Below, one piece after another: positions 8,861-18,812 of a stretch of DNA of 46,836 nt (position 1 is its first letter; every line of letters begins with the position of its first letter). Position numbers and translations under genes: made by a program. Source of the DNA: Eubacteriales bacterium (GTDB lineage Bacteria; Bacillota; Clostridia; Lachnospirales; Lachnospiraceae); NCBI GenBank assembly GCA_030525515.1, contig JAUNEM010000002.1, positions 1-46,836 on the forward strand, given 5' to 3'. Under the pieces are notes generated by a model. That model did not search any database and was not told where the DNA came from. It worked only from the letters and a program-made list of their open reading frames with translations.

Positions 8861-11800
8861 TCAGCGTCCTCTCTTGAGGATCCGCCTGACAGTATCCATG
8901 CAAAATCCTGTCATAAAATGATCTCTGAGAATGAACAGCATGATGATATACACCGCTCCTCCCACGCATACTTCTGCGGCCAGAGCCGCGAAATTACTGT
9001 GGAAAAAAGGATCGACCGCCCGGACTGCCCCGTACATGAGTCCGGCGGAAAGCAGCTTCCTCCATCCGTCCCTCACAAACACGACGGGATGGAAGGACTT
9101 TCTTGCGAACGTGATGTAAAGGATTGTGATCGTCATCTCCGCGATCAGCGAGGCGGCAATCGCTCCGTATCCCCAGAAGCGGGGGATCAGCAGCAGGTTA
9201 AGAGCCAGGTTCACACAGGCTCCGACAATGATAAATCTCGCACTCTGCGCTCTCTTGCCGGACGGCGTGTAATACTGGGACCCCAGACAATTGCTGACCC
9301 CGATGATAACGACGATCGGGCTCATCATGATCAGCATGAGAACAGCTCTTTCATAACCGGGTCCCAGAAACCAGGGAATAAACCGCGGCGCGATACCCGC
9401 GAGTCCGAATCCGATCCCGAATCCCGTAAAAAGAATGTAGTTGATCGACGTCTCGATTCTTCTGCGGATCTCATCGTATCTTTTTTCCGCAAACAGAAAG
9501 GAAATCCTGGCGCTCAGAACACTGTTGAGCGCAGTGAAGGTCAGGGCCTTCATAATATTGATGAGCTGCACGACCTTGTCATAACAGCCGTTCTCCACTT
9601 CGTCCCGCGTGATCTCGCCGATCAGGGTCTTGTCCAGAACTGTATAGACCGATGTGGCGATCGAGGGAATGAAGTATACAAAAGTCTCCCTCAGATGATG
9701 GCGGATCCGCAGTGTGCCAAAGTCCACCGGATCGAGAAAGCGGGGCATGTAAATCCACATGGACATATTGCCCAGCATGGTCGTGGCCGAAAGGATTGCA
9801 ATATATAAAAGCAGGTCCTCCGGTTTGTGTACAAGGGTGAAGATCAGAACGGCGCCAGCCAGCTTGAAGAGCGCGTTCTTGGTCACGATATAGCGGAACT
9901 CCTCGATTCCGGAGAAGAACCAGGATATGTCAAACATGACCGCCAGGATCGACATGATCTGCGGTATATAGAAGATCTGGTACCGGTCTCTGAAGACAAT
10001 GAACACAATGAAGGCCGCGATGGATACCGTCGAAGTGAGCACAGTCATCAGCTCGATTTCCCAGAAGAGCTTGCTGCGGACAGCCCTGTCCCTGCGGTTC
10101 CGGGCAATTTCCCTCGACCCGTATGAGACTGTCCCCAGAGCGGCAAACATGGAAAAATAGGTCTGGTAGGACGCGGTAAAGCTGTAAATGCCGTTCTTGT
10201 CCGCGCCCAGGACCCGGGCGACATAGGGGGCCGTGATCATGGGCAGGATGACGACCAGAACCTGGTAAGCCAAGCTGAGCACAAAATTCAGGCGCACACT
10301 GGGCTCATCCGGATCTTTTTTTCTGTTTTTGCCGCCGCTTCCGCCATCCGGAACAGAAGCCTCCTCCGTGCCGGTGTCAGGTCCCTCCTCGTTTTCGGAA
10401 TTCCCGCCATCCGGAACAGAAGCCTCCTCCGTGCCGGTGTCAGGCCCGTCTTCGTTTTCGATCTCCACGGTGCCGGCATCCGATAAGTCTGTGGAGCCGC
10501 CATGGTTCTCCCCGCCTTCGCGGACTGTCCCGTCCGCGGAGCGGCAGCAGATCTCCTCATCCTCAGAGGCTGCCTCTTCCGGGGAGCAAAAAAGCCTGTC
10601 TCCGGATCCTGAAAACATCGAAGCAGCCGGCAGAAAACCTCCCGCTGCGTTCTCCGGATCCGGCGGGGCTGATCCCCGTCCCCGGTCAGGCACAGGAAAC
10701 GCTCCGCCCGGCCTCCTGCCAAAGGTCCATACGCCGATCGCGTACCAGAAAGCGAACAGGGTACAGCACTGCTCCACGTCCATGAGGACATTGTTCATCA
10801 GACTGTATCCCGCTATACAGACCATCCAGATACACAGGACAATGTCCTGGTTCCTGACAGCAGCGACAGAAATCATGGCGTAAATGCCGAAGAGGATAAT
10901 GGCAAATACAAGGCCGTAGTTGATCAGTACCTTCATGTAGGCACTGTCGATATAAAAATAATTGGGGGACTCCAGATCGCCGTTCTGGTAGACGACCTGG
11001 GAAAAGGGATGGATCCCGTAGGTCTTAAGGCCCTCCGCGGCATGACGTATTCTGAAATGAGTCAGTTTATCGTCAATTTTCAGCCACAGCTTGCTGTTTT
11101 TGTTGTAATGCGACACGACCTCATAGGTAAAAAAGGCCAGGGCCGGATAGCAGATTCCCGCCAGAAAACGAATCAGCGGATGATTCGGGAAAAGATTGAC
11201 TCCTCCATAGACACACAGAAGATAAAGAAAGACAAATAAGGTCGTAACGAGGAAAGGAATGTTGGTATTGGTCCTGATATAAGCCAGAACATTGATTCCT
11301 TCGAGAACAGCGAGCGCCCAGAGGGGAAGCCGCTGCACGTATTGTCCCGCTCTTCTCTTCTGTTCCGCCACTGCAGGCGGGTCCGTATAGGCATAGCATC
11401 CGCAGAAAATCAGATTAAAGATATAGATGGCAGGAAACGATACAAAGCGGAATCCCATGTAATCCCGCACACGGTTCCCGTCAATCAGCGGCGGCCTCCA
11501 GATCAGCCCGACTTTGTCAAAAAACAGAACTCCCAGATAACAGAGAAGGCATGTCCAGAACATTACCTTGCAAATTCTTTTGAACGAGATGTCCTTGACA
11601 GCCATCATCATGACGAAGAGCTGCAAAAAGGTGATGCCGGCGCCCGCCATCTGCTGGATCATCATCAGATAGCAGAAAAAGACGGCAGCCACCGAGACTG
11701 CCCGCGCCGCCAGATGCATATCCGTCACAACGATTTTAACCAGAAAGAGAAGGAGACAGAAATACCGGATCAGTTTGCCCAGTTCCGTTCCGAACAGGGT

Positions 11801-11935
11801 GCCGAAGCCGCTGTCATCTATATAAGCCTGCAGGACCCATAAGATGAGCCCTGCAAAAGTGATCAGCTCATCGAGCCGGATCCTCACATCATTCTGGGGG
11901 ATCCTTAGCCTGATGGCTCTGCTGTCAAATAACAT
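8861..11935 (-). CDS. Putative Wzy-like polymerase fused via an acidic linker to a Wzx flippase
   Basis: Start MLFDS (GGAGG RBS). About 410 aa multi-TM (RDYMGF, YIDSAYMKVLINYG), about 140 aa acidic linker, then a flippase (NFVLSLAYQ..ITAPYVARVLG, DISWFFSGIEEF, LDKTLIG). Confidence 0.75.
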   Translation of the reverse strand: MLFDSRAIRLRIPQNDVRIRLDELITFAGLILWVLQAYIDDSGFGTLFGTELGKLIRYFCLLLFLVKIVVTDMHLAARAVSVAAVFFCYLMMIQQMAGAGITFLQLFVMMMAVKDISFKRICKVMFWTCLLCYLGVLFFDKVGLIWRPPLIDGNRVRDYMGFRFVSFPAIYIFNLIFCGCYAYTDPPAVAEQKRRAGQYVQRLPLWALAVLEGINVLAYIRTNTNIPFLVTTLFVFLYLLCVYGGVNLFPNHPLIRFLAGICYPALAFFTYEVVSHYNKNSKLWLKIDDKLTHFRIRHAAEGLKTYGIHPFSQVVYQNGDLESPNYFYIDSAYMKVLINYGLVFAIILFGIYAMISVAAVRNQDIVLCIWMVCIAGYSLMNNVLMDVEQCCTLFAFWYAIGVWTFGRRPGGAFPVPDRGRGSAPPDPENAAGGFLPAASMFSGSGDRLFCSPEEAASEDEEICCRSADGTVREGGENHGGSTDLSDAGTVEIENEDGPDTGTEEASVPDGGNSENEEGPDTGTEEASVPDGGSGGKNRKKDPDEPSVRLNFVLSLAYQVLVVILPMITAPYVARVLGADKNGIYSFTASYQTYFSMFAALGTVSYGSREIARNRRDRAVRSKLFWEIELMTVLTSTVSIAAFIVFIVFRDRYQIFYIPQIMSILAVMFDISWFFSGIEEFRYIVTKNALFKLAGAVLIFTLVHKPEDLLLYIAILSATTMLGNMSMWIYMPRFLDPVDFGTLRIRHHLRETFVYFIPSIATSVYTVLDKTLIGEITRDEVENGCYDKVVQLINIMKALTFTALNSVLSARISFLFAEKRYDEIRRRIETSINYILFTGFGIGFGLAGIAPRFIPWFLGPGYERAVLMLIMMSPIVVIIGVSNCLGSQYYTPSGKRAQSARFIIVGACVNLALNLLLIPRFWGYGAIAASLIAEMTITILYITFARKSFHPVVFVRDGWRKLLSAGLMYGAVRAVDPFFHSNFAALAAEVCVGGAVYIIMLFILRDHFMTGFCMDTVRRILKRGR
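10341..10460. repeat. 63-bp in-frame tandem repeat in the linker (ENE[DE]GPDTGTEEASVPDGG x2)
   Basis: Copies at 10341-10397 and 10404-10460. Confidence 0.9.
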
Positions 11936-12047
11936 ACAATTCCTCCATGCCGTCTGAACTTCCTGGCCCGTCCGTTCGCGGCACATACTCGTTTCATCCG
12001 CCGGGCGCTCATGCCTCCGGCTTCTGAATGACGCTCTGAATCATCCT

Positions 12048-12896
12048 TCAGCGGACAATATCCCCGGGAGTTTCTCCGGGCTCCAGCAGCCAGGCGTCCA
12101 TACCGTGCATGACCCGTTTTTCCTCAGGCGGAAGCTGCATGTAATCATGATAAAGTCCCGTCAGATAATGGTCATAATTGGAAGGAGCATTCATCATCCT
12201 TCCCTCAAAGGGAACCTTGACAGGCTTCATGAACTTCTTGCGGGACATACGCTCCCTGGGACCGTATCCCCACATGATGCAGCCGACATAGGGCGTGCTG
12301 TCATAGGGAATACTTTTTGAGAGATCATCGATCTTTTTTAAAAGCCCGGGCATAGGGACCGCCACCTTCAAAATCCCGATCACTGCCGGCTTGAGTATAC
12401 GCTTGAGGACAGTCTTTCCCTCTCCCTTTTTCGCGATCTTGATAAAAATCAGCTTTCTCAGGCGCAGGGATTTTTCATAGATGCGCCTGTTTTCATTCTG
12501 ATCCTCCGGGTTCCCGTCGATGGGAAAAATGTCCATCCAGATCTGATTGACGTTTTCCTCGCTGTCATAATAGGGAAAATCGACAAAGGTCCTCTTGTCC
12601 ACCAGCTTGATGAAGGGATAACTCAGGCTTCCGTCCCGGTAGCTCTTGAACTCCATATAGTCCGGAAATCCGGTCATATCCAGATTCTCCGGATGGAAGA
12701 GACGCTCGTAATCCGGACGGGGCATCATGACATCGATGTCATCATCCCAGGGAATGAAACCCTGATGACGGATTGCCCCGAGCAGAGTGCCGCCTCCCAG
12801 AGTAAAGTAAATATTGTTTTTTTCACAGAGTTCCGTAAACGCGTCCAGAAGTTCAAGCTCCAGAGCGCGGATTTCATCCAAAGTCAGTTTTTTCAT
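12048..12896 (-). CDS. LicD-family phosphotransferase
   Basis: GGTLLGAIRHQGFIPWDDDIDVMMPRPDY, DIFPIDG, YMQLPPEEKR. Confidence 0.93.
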   Translation of the reverse strand: MKKLTLDEIRALELELLDAFTELCEKNNIYFTLGGGTLLGAIRHQGFIPWDDDIDVMMPRPDYERLFHPENLDMTGFPDYMEFKSYRDGSLSYPFIKLVDKRTFVDFPYYDSEENVNQIWMDIFPIDGNPEDQNENRRIYEKSLRLRKLIFIKIAKKGEGKTVLKRILKPAVIGILKVAVPMPGLLKKIDDLSKSIPYDSTPYVGCIMWGYGPRERMSRKKFMKPVKVPFEGRMMNAPSNYDHYLTGLYHDYMQLPPEEKRVMHGMDAWLLEPGETPGDIVR

Positions 12897-12978
12897 GATC
12901 GTGACAGCCTCCGCTTACACTTTTCCCTGCTTCCCGCCGCAACAATCCGGCATCGCGGAATGAGCGCTCAAACCGCAT

Positions 12979-14220
12979 TCATTCCAAAAGAAGTTTTTCC
13001 AGCCTCCCTGTTTCTACGGCACTGTTATATCCCTTGTCGGTAAAATCATCCGACAGCTTTTTCCACATCGGATCCGCGGGATCAAGCGGCCTCGCCGGAA
13101 GATTCTCCCTCATTTTCCGGATCTCTTCCGCCCAGGCGGCAGGACCCTTCTCAAGGGGGAAAAATCTAAGCCTGTCCGTGACCCGGATGTCATCCGGGAT
13201 CACCCGGGCAGAGGCAATTGTGGGCAGACCCGCTGCCTGAGCCTCGAGACCGGCAATTCCAAGTCCCTCAAAGACAGAAGGAAACAGGAAAAAATCCGAA
13301 GCGCCCAGCCAGCCCGGGATGTCCGTCACCACCCCGGCGAAACAGACATAATCTTCCAGTCCTCTCTCACGCACATGGGCGCGGAGCATGGCTTCATCTT
13401 CTCCCTGGCCGATCAGCACCAGACGCGCATCAGGCATCTGAGGAATCAGTTCCGCCATAACATCAATCGCGAAGCGCTGGTTTTTCTGAAAGTGGAGACG
13501 TCCGATGCAGGTGAGAATATACTGGTCCTGCCGGTCTGCGGATCCGGGCTGACCGGTGCCCGGGCAGCTTCCTTCTTCCATCGAATCCGGCATACCCTTG
13601 GCGCCGCTCCCGCCGCTCACAATTCCGCTTGCCGCCAGGTCCCGGTACCGGTTCCTGCGGCTGATCCCCTCCTGAAGCTTCTCAACATCGATCGCGTTCC
13701 GGATCACTACCGCCGGATGCCTGAGTTCTCCCTTTCCGCCGCGTCCCGCGTAAAACCATTTCGCGGCATATTCGGAGCAGGCCCAGAAATCCGTCGCGTA
13801 CCGGCCCACCTTTCCTCTGTTGGCCTCGTGGAGCATACCGCGAAGCTTTGTATCCATGTTCTGAGCGTTATGGCTGTGAATTATTCTCTTCGGAATACCG
13901 TATTTCTTTGCCATCTTCAGATAGTCAATGTTGGCAAGGCTGTTGACATTGACCCAGATCGCCTGGTATTCATGCGCGTGTCTGACAAAAAAGGATTCCA
14001 GCTCCCTGCGGAATCGTACGGGATTCTGCCGTCGGGAGGTGAAATGGATCGTCCTGCCGCCCATGGCATGGATCTCATCCTCAAAGGCTACAGGATCATA
14101 GGAATTGCACAAAAAGTCGAAATGAAACCGGGTGCGGTCGATCCTGCGGTAATAATTCATCAGAAAGCTCTCCACCCCGCCCGGGTTCTCTGTCATACCA
14201 AAAACAAGGACATTAAACAT
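12979..14220 (-). CDS. Glycosyltransferase, GT4 (EpsF-like)
   Basis: GGVESFLMNYYR, RIIHSHN, GRLHFQKN, FPSVFEGLGIAGLEAQAAGLP. Confidence 0.9.
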   Translation of the reverse strand: MFNVLVFGMTENPGGVESFLMNYYRRIDRTRFHFDFLCNSYDPVAFEDEIHAMGGRTIHFTSRRQNPVRFRRELESFFVRHAHEYQAIWVNVNSLANIDYLKMAKKYGIPKRIIHSHNAQNMDTKLRGMLHEANRGKVGRYATDFWACSEYAAKWFYAGRGGKGELRHPAVVIRNAIDVEKLQEGISRRNRYRDLAASGIVSGGSGAKGMPDSMEEGSCPGTGQPGSADRQDQYILTCIGRLHFQKNQRFAIDVMAELIPQMPDARLVLIGQGEDEAMLRAHVRERGLEDYVCFAGVVTDIPGWLGASDFFLFPSVFEGLGIAGLEAQAAGLPTIASARVIPDDIRVTDRLRFFPLEKGPAAWAEEIRKMRENLPARPLDPADPMWKKLSDDFTDKGYNSAVETGRLEKLLLE

Positions 14221-14267
14221 TCCCTGACTCCTGCCTTTCACGCTTCAGTGCCATGACCTCTTGCTCA

Positions 14268-14318
14268 CAAACATATATGAATAAACGACGCGCTGCTCCG
14301 CTCTTACGGGCTCTCGCA
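14268..14318 (+). repeat. Dispersed intergenic repeat, copy of 46062-46112
   Basis: 46/51 identical by manual alignment; followed by hairpin caaaccac-gta-gtggtttg. Confidence 0.85.
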
Positions 14319-14402
14319 AACCACGTAGTGGTTTGTTACCGCCCCACACATTCGTACCCCGCACCGCGGCGGCCGTCTTGGCGGCCTTGCCTTGCCCTGT
14401 AC

Positions 14403-15578
14403 TCAGTGCATTCTTTCCCTGTGGGCATTCTGCAGGACTCTGGCCTCATAAATCGCGGCCGCTCCAACTGTCAGTCCTTTGTTGAGGAAACGGATCGGAA
14501 GATAACGGGCCCCCTTATGATGCTCCGGATCATATCCTTTTAATGCGGAGGCAAACGGCTCTGTTTTGCTCAGCTCTGTCATTTTGCGGATTTTCCCGGC
14601 CAATGTGAAGGGCCGGCCCGGGGATTCGGGCGTCTCCATCCGGCTCTGATCCGCAGCAGACCTGCCTGCAGCAAAGACTTCCCTCACCATGAGCAGGTTG
14701 AACTGCATCATACCGTAACCCGCAAAGGCTCTCCGGACCGGCTCAGGCTGCGTTTCCAGATAAGCCCGTACCTTTTCCAGGGACGTCCTGTATCCTTCTT
14801 CTTTTTTCCCGTCCCAGGTGCGGACCGCGGAATCATTATCTATGGAATAATGATAAAAAGCGCGGTCGATCAGGCGGATTCTTCTGCAGAGAGAAAGGTA
14901 TCTGATGAAAAAATGACTGTCTTCCGAAAGCCTGAGGGCCGGATCAAAGCGCAGATTCCCCTTTTCAATCAGAGATCTCCTGTACAGCTTTGACCAGACG
15001 GATGTGTACCTTGTGGGATTCTCGATCATACGGACACAAATCTGTGTGAGGTCCCCCGAAAACCTTTCCCCGGAGGGCGGACACAGATGAATGAGACTGT
15101 CTCCCGACTCATAACTGTGCACAATCAGATCTGTCCCGTAGAAAGACAGATCGTCCCGGAGCACAGCCCCTGCGTCCTCGAGATAATAATCATCCGCATC
15201 AAGAAAAAGAATCCATTTTCCCCGCGCTTCATCAAGCCCTTTATTGCGTGCGTTGGAAACACCCTTCTCAGAATGCAGAGCGCGCACTCTCCCCGAGTAC
15301 TTCTGCTGCAGTCCGGCCGCAATAATTCCTGTGGAATCCCCGGATCCGTTTTCGATGATCAGAATTTCATATAAAAAAGATAAACCGGAATTTTGCTCCG
15401 AAAAGCCCCTTGCTTTGGACTGAATCGTCTCATTCCCTTCGATCACACGCATGGCGCCCGCCACACTCTCCACTGCTCTCTCCAGCGTTTTTTCCGCGTT
15501 GTGAGCGGGAATGATCACTGAAAGCAGAGGCTCAGTACAAATGGGTTTTTCAGGAGAATTCATATATTTTGTATTCAT
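14403..15578 (-). CDS. Glycosyltransferase, GT2
   Basis: LSVIIPAHNAE, GVSNARNKGL, FLDADD, SVWSKLYRR, SED. Confidence 0.9.
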   Translation of the reverse strand: MNTKYMNSPEKPICTEPLLSVIIPAHNAEKTLERAVESVAGAMRVIEGNETIQSKARGFSEQNSGLSFLYEILIIENGSGDSTGIIAAGLQQKYSGRVRALHSEKGVSNARNKGLDEARGKWILFLDADDYYLEDAGAVLRDDLSFYGTDLIVHSYESGDSLIHLCPPSGERFSGDLTQICVRMIENPTRYTSVWSKLYRRSLIEKGNLRFDPALRLSEDSHFFIRYLSLCRRIRLIDRAFYHYSIDNDSAVRTWDGKKEEGYRTSLEKVRAYLETQPEPVRRAFAGYGMMQFNLLMVREVFAAGRSAADQSRMETPESPGRPFTLAGKIRKMTELSKTEPFASALKGYDPEHHKGARYLPIRFLNKGLTVGAAAIYEARVLQNAHRERMH

Positions 15579-15611
15579 GGCTACTATCTTAACATAAAAC
15601 CATAGAATCTG

Positions 15612-16685
15612 TCATTCTATCAGCATTGCATCCCCGAAACTGAAAAATCGGTACTGTTTTTCCACTGCTTCCCTGTAAGCCTCAAGAACATGCTCCCGCC
15701 CCGCAAAAGCCGACACCAGCATGATGAGGGTGGACTCGGGAAGATGAAAATTCGTGATCAGGGCATCCATGACCCGGAAACGATAGCCGGGATAAATAAA
15801 AATGGATGTGTCTCCGCTTCCGGCGTGCACCACTCCGTTTTCGTCCGCCGCGCTCTCGATCGTCCTGCAGCTGGTCGTCCCGACGCAGATGACACGATGC
15901 CCGGCTTCATGTGTCCGGTTGATCAGATCCGCCGTCTCCCGGGGGACATTGTACCATTCGGTGTGCATGGTGTGTTCTTCCACATCATCCACTTTGACCG
16001 GGCGAAAGGTCCCCAGACCGACATGCAGAGTCACGAATCCGATATTGACCCCCATGTCCCGGACCTCTCCCAGAAGTTCCGGAGTAAAATGCAGGCCTGC
16101 CGTAGGGGCTGCTGCCGACCCCTCATACCTGGCGTACACCGTCTGATAGCGGCTGCGGTCCTGCAGCTTGTGAGTGATATAAGGAGGCAGGGGCATCTCG
16201 CCGAGCCGGTCCAGGACTTCCTCGAAGATTCCTTCATATTCAAAGCGGACCAGACGATTGCCGCCCTCCGCAATCTCCAGAATCTCCGCCTTCAGGCTGC
16301 CGTCCCCGAACACGGCCCTGGCCCCGGGGCGGAGCTTCTTCCCGGGCCTGACCAGGCACTCCCAGACATCACTGCCCAGCCTCTTCAACAGCAGGATCTC
16401 GATGGCGGCGCCCGTGCCCTCCCTTGTGCCCAGAAGACGGGCCGGAATGACCTTGGTGTCATTCAGGATCAAAGTATCCCCCGCTCTAAGATATCTGAGA
16501 ATATCCCGAAAAGTTCCGTGTCTTCTCTCTCCGGTCCTTCGGTCCAGAACCAGCAGTCTCGAAGAAGACCGGTCCTCCAGGGGATCCTGGGCGATCAGTT
16601 CCTGCGGAAGATCAAAATAATAATCTGCCGTGCGGTGACCGACAGGGACCTCCCTGCCGGCAGTTAAATCAGATTCATTAGTCAT
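15612..16685 (-). CDS. queA: SAM:tRNA ribosyltransferase-isomerase
   Basis: [64 protein letters not shown]; exact start uncertain. Confidence 0.97.
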   Translation of the reverse strand: MTNESDLTAGREVPVGHRTADYYFDLPQELIAQDPLEDRSSSRLLVLDRRTGERRHGTFRDILRYLRAGDTLILNDTKVIPARLLGTREGTGAAIEILLLKRLGSDVWECLVRPGKKLRPGARAVFGDGSLKAEILEIAEGGNRLVRFEYEGIFEEVLDRLGEMPLPPYITHKLQDRSRYQTVYARYEGSAAAPTAGLHFTPELLGEVRDMGVNIGFVTLHVGLGTFRPVKVDDVEEHTMHTEWYNVPRETADLINRTHEAGHRVICVGTTSCRTIESAADENGVVHAGSGDTSIFIYPGYRFRVMDALITNFHLPESTLIMLVSAFAGREHVLEAYREAVEKQYRFFSFGDAMLIE

Positions 16686-16732
16686 TCTTTTCTCCATGTC
16701 TGTGTGCTGCAAACTCACATGTAAAAAGCTTC

Positions 16733-16842
16733 GGACACTTCGGTGTCCTTGCGTTGCTTCTTCCTCATGTTTACGGCGCTAACAAACCGCAGACGGTTTG
16801 TGAAAATGTCTGCAAATGCTCGAGCGAGCTCGGCATTTGCAG
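16733..16842. repeat. Cluster of three REP-like hairpins
   Basis: GGACAC-TTCG-GTGTCC (16733-48), ACAAACCG-CAGA-CGGTTTGT (16782-801), CTGCAAATGC...GCATTTGCAG (16810-42). Confidence 0.6.
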
Positions 16843-16861
16843 CCGCTTTCCCCGCTGCTTC

Positions 16862-18295
16862 TTACATAGTTCGCATATCCATTTTTCTCAAAAAGGCCTT
16901 ATACCCTCTGTAGGCTTCGAACAGATCCGCCTTGCTGGTCGCCTCCCAGGGCGCGTGCATGCTCAGCACCGGAACTCCGCAGTCGATCACATTCATTCCA
17001 TAAAGGGCCAGGATATAAGCGATGGTGCCGCCGCCCCCCAGATCCACTTTACCGAGCTCGGCTGTCTGGATCAAAACCTCACTCTCATCAAATATTCTGC
17101 GGAGAACTGCCAGATATTCCGCATTGGCATCATTGGAACCGGATTTGCCGCGGGAACCTGTAAACTTATTTATTACCATGCCCCTGCCGAGGAAGGCCGT
17201 ATTTTTCTTTTCAAAAGCGGAGGCGTAGGCAGGGTCAAAGGCGCTGCTCACATCCGAGGAAAGCATGGCGCTGTTGGCCAGAGTCCGGCGCAGTGCCAGC
17301 CCGGAATACTGGCCGCAGAGTTCCATGACTTCTGCAAGAGTATTTTCAAAGAAACGGGACCGCATGCCGGTGGCTCCGACACTGCCGATTTCTTCCTTGT
17401 CCACAAGAAGGGTACAGCTTGTCCGCGCGATATCAGTCACTTCCATCTGGGCGCGGAAAGAGGGATAGGCGCAGACCCGGTCATCCTGGCCGTAGGCAAG
17501 TACCATGCTGCGGTCAAATCCCGCGTCCCTGGCCTTCCCAGCCGGCACGATCTCGATCTCCGCGGAAATAAAGTCCTCTTCGTCAATATCATAGGTGTCC
17601 TTCAGGATCTTCAGGAGAGCATTGGTAACAGCATCCTTCTCGGCAGCCTTTTTTCCCTCTCTTCCTGCTTTTGTATCAGTATCGATCGTCACGGGCTTAT
17701 TTCCGATGATGAGATCCAGCGCCTCACCTTCGATAAAGGCAGAGGCATTCTTTTTCATCTGATCCTGGGCCAGATGAGGCAGAAGATCAGGTATGAAGAA
17801 CACGGGATCGTCCTCATCCTCACCGATATTGAGGATCACTGTCTCACCGCTCTTTTTGACAACAACGCCGTGAATAGCCAGCGGAAGTGTCACATATTGA
17901 TACTTCTTGATCCCCCCGTAATAATGTGTATCGAGGTAGCAGAAACCGCCTTCCTCATAGACAGGATTCTGCTTGACATCCAGCCTGGGGGAGTCAATGT
18001 GGGCACCCAGGATATTGATGCCCTCCTCAAAAGGCTTTTCTCCGATGCGGAAAAGCACCATGGATTTATTCATCCAGACACTGTAGACACAGTCTCCGGG
18101 TACGAGCCGCCTTTTTTCGGCGATTGCCCGGCTCAGTTCGATATATCCGTTTTTTTCAGCCTCATTCACGAAGAAGTCCACACACTCCCTCTCTGTCTTT
18201 CCCACGTTCAGAAAGTTGATGTAATCCTTCGCGAAATCCATGCAGTCGTCCTGCATGACCAGATCGTAAGTGTTCCACGCATTCAGTCTTTCCAT
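16862..18295 (-). CDS. M18-family aminopeptidase
   Basis: KTERE, GAHIDSPRLD, THYYGGIKKYQ, YGQDDRVC, DKEEIGS, SMHAPWE. Confidence 0.92.
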   Translation of the reverse strand: MERLNAWNTYDLVMQDDCMDFAKDYINFLNVGKTERECVDFFVNEAEKNGYIELSRAIAEKRRLVPGDCVYSVWMNKSMVLFRIGEKPFEEGINILGAHIDSPRLDVKQNPVYEEGGFCYLDTHYYGGIKKYQYVTLPLAIHGVVVKKSGETVILNIGEDEDDPVFFIPDLLPHLAQDQMKKNASAFIEGEALDLIIGNKPVTIDTDTKAGREGKKAAEKDAVTNALLKILKDTYDIDEEDFISAEIEIVPAGKARDAGFDRSMVLAYGQDDRVCAYPSFRAQMEVTDIARTSCTLLVDKEEIGSVGATGMRSRFFENTLAEVMELCGQYSGLALRRTLANSAMLSSDVSSAFDPAYASAFEKKNTAFLGRGMVINKFTGSRGKSGSNDANAEYLAVLRRIFDESEVLIQTAELGKVDLGGGGTIAYILALYGMNVIDCGVPVLSMHAPWEATSKADLFEAYRGYKAFLRKMDMRTM

Positions 18296-18328
18296 TTTTT
18301 TGTCTCTCCTGCCAAATCAATTTGTCAT

Positions 18329-18369
18329 AAAAGACAGGCGGGTGGACAAATGTCCGGCCCCGCCCGTCT
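18329..18369 (-). terminator. Probable intrinsic terminator downstream of 6S RNA
   Basis: Minus strand AGACGGGCGGG...CCCGCCTGTCT followed by TTTT. Confidence 0.55.
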
Positions 18370-18470
18370 GTCAGTTCTCAGGATTTGCTCTCTGCTGTCC
18401 CTTTCGGGCAATCCGGGACTCTCTCTCGAGTCTTGCGTGATAAAGAATAAACCCGGAATCCGCAAAGAAA

Positions 18471-18656
18471 AACCTGAAACGCCGAACCTGCATTTTGACT
18501 CCTAGCACACATGCCAGGTGGGTGTCCGCAGCGTGTGCGTCAATCTTCCTCTGCCTGTGCTTTCGCACGGAAGGCCTGACATCCGGGCACGCGATATAGG
18601 ATTCCCGTTTAAAGTAATTGTAGGTTCAAAATAGCAGATGAGTGGCATCTCAGGTA
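18471..18656 (-). ncRNA. ssrS: 6S RNA
   Basis: About 185-nt rod: 5' CCTGAGATGCC pairs with 3' GGCGTTTCAGG. Firmicute 6S-like motifs TTGAACC, GGGAATCC, ACACCCACCTG, GGAGTCAAAA. Has its own promoter. Confidence 0.85.
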
Positions 18657-18661
18657 TCCTT

Positions 18662-18690
18662 ATTATAACACAAGAGCACGCCGCGGGCAA
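18662..18690 (-). promoter_or_regulatory. SigA promoter of 6S RNA
   Basis: TTGCCC-17 bp-TATAAT with extended TGn. Confidence 0.75.
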
Positions 18691-18812
18691 TATCCAGCGC
18701 CACTGCATTTGCATTGTCTTCCTTTTATCTGAACCTGCGTGCATCCCTTAATTAGTAGTACGGAGGCTCCTTGCGGCAATATATTGTGTACCGGTGTTTT
18801 ACCTTCCGGTTT

